64,000 nucleotides of DNA from an uncultured Bacteroidota bacterium (lineage in GTDB: Bacteria > Bacteroidota > Ignavibacteria > Palsa-1295). Below, in pieces: positions 60,160-64,000 of the stretch; position 1 is the stretch's first letter; every line of letters starts with the position of its first letter. Position numbers and translations under genes: made by a program. A model generated the notes under the pieces. The model was not told where the DNA came from. It saw only the letters and a program-made list of their open reading frames with translations, and searched no databases. The stretch is from assembly GCA_963702215.1 (NCBI GenBank), contig OY969726.1, positions 1,809,533-1,873,532 on the forward strand. The letters run 5' to 3'.

Positions 60160-61151
60160 GCAATTCCTGCTTTCACAATATCGTGAATATGAATAATTCC
60201 CTCGATGGCACCATCCTCGCGCACGACGAGAAGCTGCATCACTTTCGCTGAGGCGTCTTCCATCGCGCGCAGTGCTTCGATGGCGAGTTTGCCGGAGAGG
60301 ATCGTTCGGGGATTGCGTGTCATGATGTCTGTTGCGAGGACCTTATGCGTATTGAACGTGGTATGCGATTCAAAAAAGCGGCGGAGATCGCCATCGGTGA
60401 TGATGCCGACAAGCCGGCCCGATTCCGTAACCGCCGTTGCGCCAAAACGCTTCCGTGACATTTCCATCATCACCTGATTCATCGATGCCGATGCTTCGAC
60501 GCTGGGAACCGCATCGCCGGTCGCCATGAGATCGTTAACCGAGAACGTGAGCCTGCGTCCCAATGCGCCGGCCGGATGCAGCTTCGCAAAATCCGCGCTC
60601 GAAAACTTCCGCGCCTCGAGCAACGCGATCGCCAAGGCATCGCCAAGCACGAGCATCGCCGTCGTCGAAGCCGTCGGCGCAAGATCATGTGGGCAAGCTT
60701 CTTCCTCACAATGGATGAGCAAAACCGCGCCACTGCTGGATTTCGCCATCTCCGCTAATTTCGATTCCGGCGCGGCCGATATTGCGATAATGGGAACTCC
60801 GATCGTTCGAAGCAATGGATAGAGTGCGAGAAGTTCATCCGAGACGCCGCTCTTACTTAGCACTATCAGAATATCCTCCGGCTGCACCATGCCCACATCG
60901 CCATGCGCCGCTTCCGCCGGGTGCAGAAAAAACGCGGGTGTCCCGGTCGAAGCAAGCGTGGAAGCGATCTTGTTCGCAATGTGCCCCGACTTGCCGACGC
61001 CGGTGACGATGACGCGGCCGGATGCATTCAAGATGAGGTCGCAGGCGCGATCGAACGCAACTGCATCGAGCTTTTCGGCGGTGAGTTGCACGGCACGCGT
61101 TTCGATCTCGAACGCTTTTCGCGCCCGCTCGATCAGGGAACCATCGCTCAT
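60156..61151 (-). CDS. kdsD: arabinose-5-phosphate isomerase (KdsD/GutQ; SIS + tandem CBS)
   Basis: The SIS domain motif is GRVIVTGVGKSGHIANKIASTLASTGTPAFFLHPAEAAHGDVGMV. It has a C-terminal CBS pair. Confidence 0.88.
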   Translation of the reverse strand: MSDGSLIERARKAFEIETRAVQLTAEKLDAVAFDRACDLILNASGRVIVTGVGKSGHIANKIASTLASTGTPAFFLHPAEAAHGDVGMVQPEDILIVLSKSGVSDELLALYPLLRTIGVPIIAISAAPESKLAEMAKSSSGAVLLIHCEEEACPHDLAPTASTTAMLVLGDALAIALLEARKFSSADFAKLHPAGALGRRLTFSVNDLMATGDAVPSVEASASMNQVMMEMSRKRFGATAVTESGRLVGIITDGDLRRFFESHTTFNTHKVLATDIMTRNPRTILSGKLAIEALRAMEDASAKVMQLLVVREDGAIEGIIHIHDIVKAGIA

Positions 61152-61990
61152 GCACGTTCCTCCGCCGCTTCGCGGATTACAAGTAATCGTTCCAGAAGCG
61201 GTTCCAATTCCGAAAGTGGGAGCTGCGAATCCCGGTCGCTCCAGGCCTCGGCGGGGTTGGGATGCGTTTCGAGGAATAATCCATCTATTCCAACAGCCAT
61301 CGCCGCGCGGGACAATGGTGCGATGAATTGCCGCTCGCCACCGCTTACTCCATTTTGCCCGGGCCGCTGCACCGAATGTGTCGCATCATACACAATGGGC
61401 GAACCGAATGCGCGCATTTTCACAAGAGAACGAAAATCGACGACCAAATCGCCATAGCCGAAAAACGTTCCGCGCTCGCAAAGCAGTACGCGCTCATTGC
61501 CCGTACCACCAACTTTTTCCTTAGCGAACCGCATATCCTCAGGCCCCATAAATTGCCCTTTCTTGATATTCACCGCACATGCCGTTTTTCCCGCGGCCAC
61601 GAGCAATTCCGTTTGCCGCGAAAGGAAAGCAGGAATTTGCAACACGTCGCACACCGCCGCTGCGACGGGACATTCTTCGGGTGTGTGCACATCGCTCAGC
61701 ACCGGCAAATCGTAATCGGAACGGATTTTCTCCAGCAGATGAAGTGCCGCATCCATTCCGATCGAGGAAAAGCTGGCAGCACTCGTGCGGTTCGCCTTGG
61801 TGTAGGATGATTTAAAAACAAAATCGACTGGCAGCCGCAATTGAATATTCAGAAGCCGCTCCGCCACCGTGCGAAGCAGCGTTTCGCTTTCGACGACGCA
61901 TGGTCCGGCAATCACGGCCAGCCGGTCATTCGAGCCGAACGCAACGCCTCGCACGCCGGTGGGGGATGGAATGGTAACTATCTGGGTCAA
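61148..61990 (-). CDS. kdsA: 3-deoxy-8-phosphooctulonate (KDO-8-P) synthase
   Basis: AVIAGPCVVESE, KSSYTKANRTS and the C-terminal His/Cys metal-site context are present. The table ORF is over-extended to 62092. A TTG at 61990 gives the typical length of about 280 aa and avoids overlap with rlmB. Confidence 0.85.
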   Translation of the reverse strand: MTQIVTIPSPTGVRGVAFGSNDRLAVIAGPCVVESETLLRTVAERLLNIQLRLPVDFVFKSSYTKANRTSAASFSSIGMDAALHLLEKIRSDYDLPVLSDVHTPEECPVAAAVCDVLQIPAFLSRQTELLVAAGKTACAVNIKKGQFMGPEDMRFAKEKVGGTGNERVLLCERGTFFGYGDLVVDFRSLVKMRAFGSPIVYDATHSVQRPGQNGVSGGERQFIAPLSRAAMAVGIDGLFLETHPNPAEAWSDRDSQLPLSELEPLLERLLVIREAAEERA

Positions 61991-62051
61991 AAGAACTAAA
62001 ATTGGTAATGCCGCACAACACCGAGGTGCGTCGTTTAGGTCGCTCGCGTCC

Positions 62052-62840
62052 TTACCGTCCCTTTCTTCGCCCTCGCAGTTCCGCCAACACAATGGCCGCG
62101 CTCACCGCCACATTCAGCGATTCGCCGGAACCATATTTCGGAATAATCACCTGGCGGCTCGCCATCTGCAAAAGTTCCGGCTCGATACCCCGGCCTTCGG
62201 TGCCAAAAAGCAGCACGCACTTTTCCGGAAAATCGAATTCGAACACCGAAGTTGCCGAACCCTCGACCGTCGCTGCTATGATTTCGCGCCCTTCGCGAAG
62301 CGCTGGCAGGCGTTTGTTCAGATCCGCGTTGGTTTCTATTCCAACATCGAAGATCGCACCTTGGGTGCTGCGCACAACCTTCGGCGCGAAGGGGTCGGCG
62401 GTGCCATCGCCCAGCAGAATGCTCTCCACGCCGAACCACGCACACGTGCGAATTACGGTTCCCACATTGCCGGGATCCTGCACGCTATCGAGGGCAATTA
62501 CCACGTCCCCCTTCACTTCGGCTGGCCGCGAGGGCAACCGCAAAATGGTGAACCAGCCTTGCGGCTCCCGCGCATCCGTAATTCGAACGGCGTTTTTGGG
62601 CGAGAGCATATAACTTTCGATCCCGAGCGATTCCGCCCGCTCGACAAGCGCGGGATTTTGGCTTATCGCTTTCTCCGTAACCGCGATATAAAGAATGAGC
62701 TTCGGAGCTTTCTCAAGCGCCGCTTCGAAAAGGTGCGGCCCCTCCGCGACAAATTCCGAATCGCCGCGGCGCGCTTTCGGATTCCGCAATAGTTCTGCGA
62801 TATGTTTCGAACGTAATTCTGTTAACGGTGTCAATGTCAA
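62052..62840 (-). CDS. rlmB: SpoU/TrmH-family rRNA 2'-O-methyltransferase (RlmB-like)
   Basis: It has an N-terminal L7Ae-like substrate-binding domain and the SPOUT motifs VIALDSVQDPGNVGTVIRT, LLFGTEGRGI and IPKYGSGESLNVAVSAAIVL. It uses a TTG start at 62840. Confidence 0.85.
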   Translation of the reverse strand: MTLTPLTELRSKHIAELLRNPKARRGDSEFVAEGPHLFEAALEKAPKLILYIAVTEKAISQNPALVERAESLGIESYMLSPKNAVRITDAREPQGWFTILRLPSRPAEVKGDVVIALDSVQDPGNVGTVIRTCAWFGVESILLGDGTADPFAPKVVRSTQGAIFDVGIETNADLNKRLPALREGREIIAATVEGSATSVFEFDFPEKCVLLFGTEGRGIEPELLQMASRQVIIPKYGSGESLNVAVSAAIVLAELRGRRKGR

Positions 62841-63254
62841 AAAGTATGAGGTATGAAGTATGAAGTTTGAAAATGGCTCGTTATCTTCCTTTGAGGATAA
62901 GAACGATCTATTTTAAAGTGGCAATCAATTCGTTCCTTTCGCTACTGAGATTATCGAGCAGAGATCAGTCGACCGTACCAGCTTCGACAAGAATCTTCAG
63001 CCAGCACCGAGTCTCTTCGATCTCTTGAAGCGCGCCCGTCAGCTTACTGTTGTAATCGGCTTTCGATTCGTGCGAGAGGCTACGCGAAATTGCGCTCCAG
63101 CGTAAGTGCCACTTCGAAGTACTTGCTGGTCAATAACTTTCCCGCCGGAAGTATGAAGTTTGGTATAGAGCCGACTCATGCGAAGCGCAAACTTTTTTGT
63201 TCTATCGCCGGGTAGTTATTCATGCCCTATTTCATACTTCATAATTCATAGTTG
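62839..63254. repeat. inverted-repeat element built from TTCATAN heptamer arrays (copy 2, about 415 bp) filling the rlmB-sdhD intergenic region
   Basis: The left arm is AAAAGTATGAGGTATGAAGTATGAAGTTTGAAAATGG (62839-62875), with an internal partial arm GGAAGTATGAAGTTTGGTAT (63147-63166). The right arm is CTATTTCATACTTCATAATTCATAGTTG (63227-63254). The arms are near-identical to copy 1. Confidence 0.55.
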
Positions 63255-63259
63255 CCCGG

Positions 63260-63694
63260 TCAAGGCTTCAGCGGATCGAAGGTGAGAATCGTATTCCAGC
63301 CGACCGCTACGAAAATAATTCCGGCAACAACGAGCACTCCAAATATCGTGAGGCCAACGGCCGGGCGGATCTTATAATCGCGTACGATATTCCAGCAGCC
63401 TTGCAAGCCGTGGTACATTCCGATGGTGATGAAACCGAGATAAAGTCCCTTGAACCATGGCGAAGCAAGCCGCGAAGCCGTCTCGCCATAATCGTGCCCG
63501 CTTACCTGATTATAGTGCATCATGATATAATGCCCAACGAGCAGCACGACGAGCGCCAGTCCCGTAACGCGCTGCAACCACCACGCAGGCGCGCCGCTCC
63601 GTCTCGGACGTGAATAGCTGCGAATGAGCCGATTCGAACGCACCGACTCCTCTTCTCCGACGGGGATTGCGGATACTTGTGCTTCTGCTTCCAT
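63260..63694 (-). CDS. sdhD: succinate dehydrogenase hydrophobic membrane anchor subunit (SdhD-like)
   Basis: 144 aa with three TM helices. WWLQRVTGLALVVLLVGH has a heme-ligand His context. It follows the sdhC-like gene directly. Confidence 0.6.
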   Translation of the reverse strand: MEAEAQVSAIPVGEEESVRSNRLIRSYSRPRRSGAPAWWLQRVTGLALVVLLVGHYIMMHYNQVSGHDYGETASRLASPWFKGLYLGFITIGMYHGLQGCWNIVRDYKIRPAVGLTIFGVLVVAGIIFVAVGWNTILTFDPLKP

Positions 63695-63697
63695 AGT

Positions 63698-64000
63698 TTA
63701 TTTGGCGAATAACTCGCTGGAAAAAATGAGAAAAAACATCCCGACGACGATAGCGACACTCACCACCCACACGGCCGCGAGCATTGGCTTGTGATAACGG
63801 GCGCCGTTCGATAAATCGACCACCGCGATCCGGATTCCGTTGAATGCGTGGAACATAACGAGCGCGCCAAGCAGCCACTCCGCGATTTTCCACGGCACGG
63901 AGGAAAAGGTTACCATCTCCTTCGTAAACGCCGCCCGCCCGTGCGTGAGCGACGAGAGCGCCCAAATATGTATGAAGAGATAGACAATGAGCCCAATGCC
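63698..64000 (-). CDS. sdhC: succinate dehydrogenase cytochrome b subunit (SdhC-like); the 5' end lies beyond the window
   Basis: The C-terminal portion has TM helices and LVMFHAFNGIRIAVVDL, which is an SdhC-like His context. The ORF runs off the right edge. Confidence 0.55.
   Translation of the reverse strand, partial: GIGLIVYLFIHIWALSSLTHGRAAFTKEMVTFSSVPWKIAEWLLGALVMFHAFNGIRIAVVDLSNGARYHKPMLAAVWVVSVAIVVGMFFLIFSSELFAK

Noticed and set aside
62035-62445. 136-aa minus-strand ORF and the 5' extension of kdsA to 62092
   Set aside because: Both overlap rlmB, which has clear SPOUT motifs. kdsA is better started at the TTG at 61990.
63510-63965. 151-aa minus-strand ORF
   Set aside because: It is in an alternative frame over sdhD/sdhC. 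It is Arg-rich low-complexity, whereas the sdh frames have TM-helix structure.

Overview
This is a 64-kb chromosomal segment from a moderately GC-rich bacterium, roughly 58% GC by eye. The evidence is consistent with the Fibrobacteres-Chlorobi-Bacteroidetes (FCB) group, i.e. Bacteroidota, Rhodothermota or Ignavibacteriota-like. That evidence is several proteins ending in type-IX-secretion (T9SS/Por) C-terminal sorting domains, OmpA proteins with PD40 repeats, and an rpmH-rnpA-yidD neighbourhood. In order, the window contains a truncated guaB and an orphan frameshifted EgtD-like methyltransferase. An uncharacterised uptake and catabolic island follows: a C-N hydrolase, an ABC solute-binding protein with two permeases, an enolase-superfamily enzyme, a DHDPS-like enzyme, a DHOD-like enzyme and an aminotransferase. 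Next are pgi-tal, then a cluster of three paralogous giant T9SS cargo proteins plus an outer-membrane beta-barrel protein lying directly next to dnaA. This is followed by a putative oriC with a perfect DnaA box, anmK, and an ECF sigma factor whose anti-sigma partner carries a beta-barrel-like C-terminus. Then come tandemly duplicated small membrane protein genes, yidD-rnpA-rpmH, an SDR, surE, ftsX-like, an OmpA/PD40 operon, bshB-like, an APC permease, a vapBC module, pepF, a beta-propeller T9SS cargo, smg-ybeY, pcrA/uvrD, lptC-like-kdsD-kdsA, rlmB and sdhDC. Two global observations stand out. First, at least eight otherwise well-conserved genes are split by frameshifts (egtD-like, DHOD-like, aminotransferase three times, cargo C, anmK, vapC, smg, possibly the PKD protein). 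This points either to uncorrected indel errors or to widespread pseudogenisation. Second, a dispersed inverted-repeat element built from TTCATAN heptamer arrays sits at or over the 5' ends of genes. No rRNA, tRNA or CRISPR array was found.
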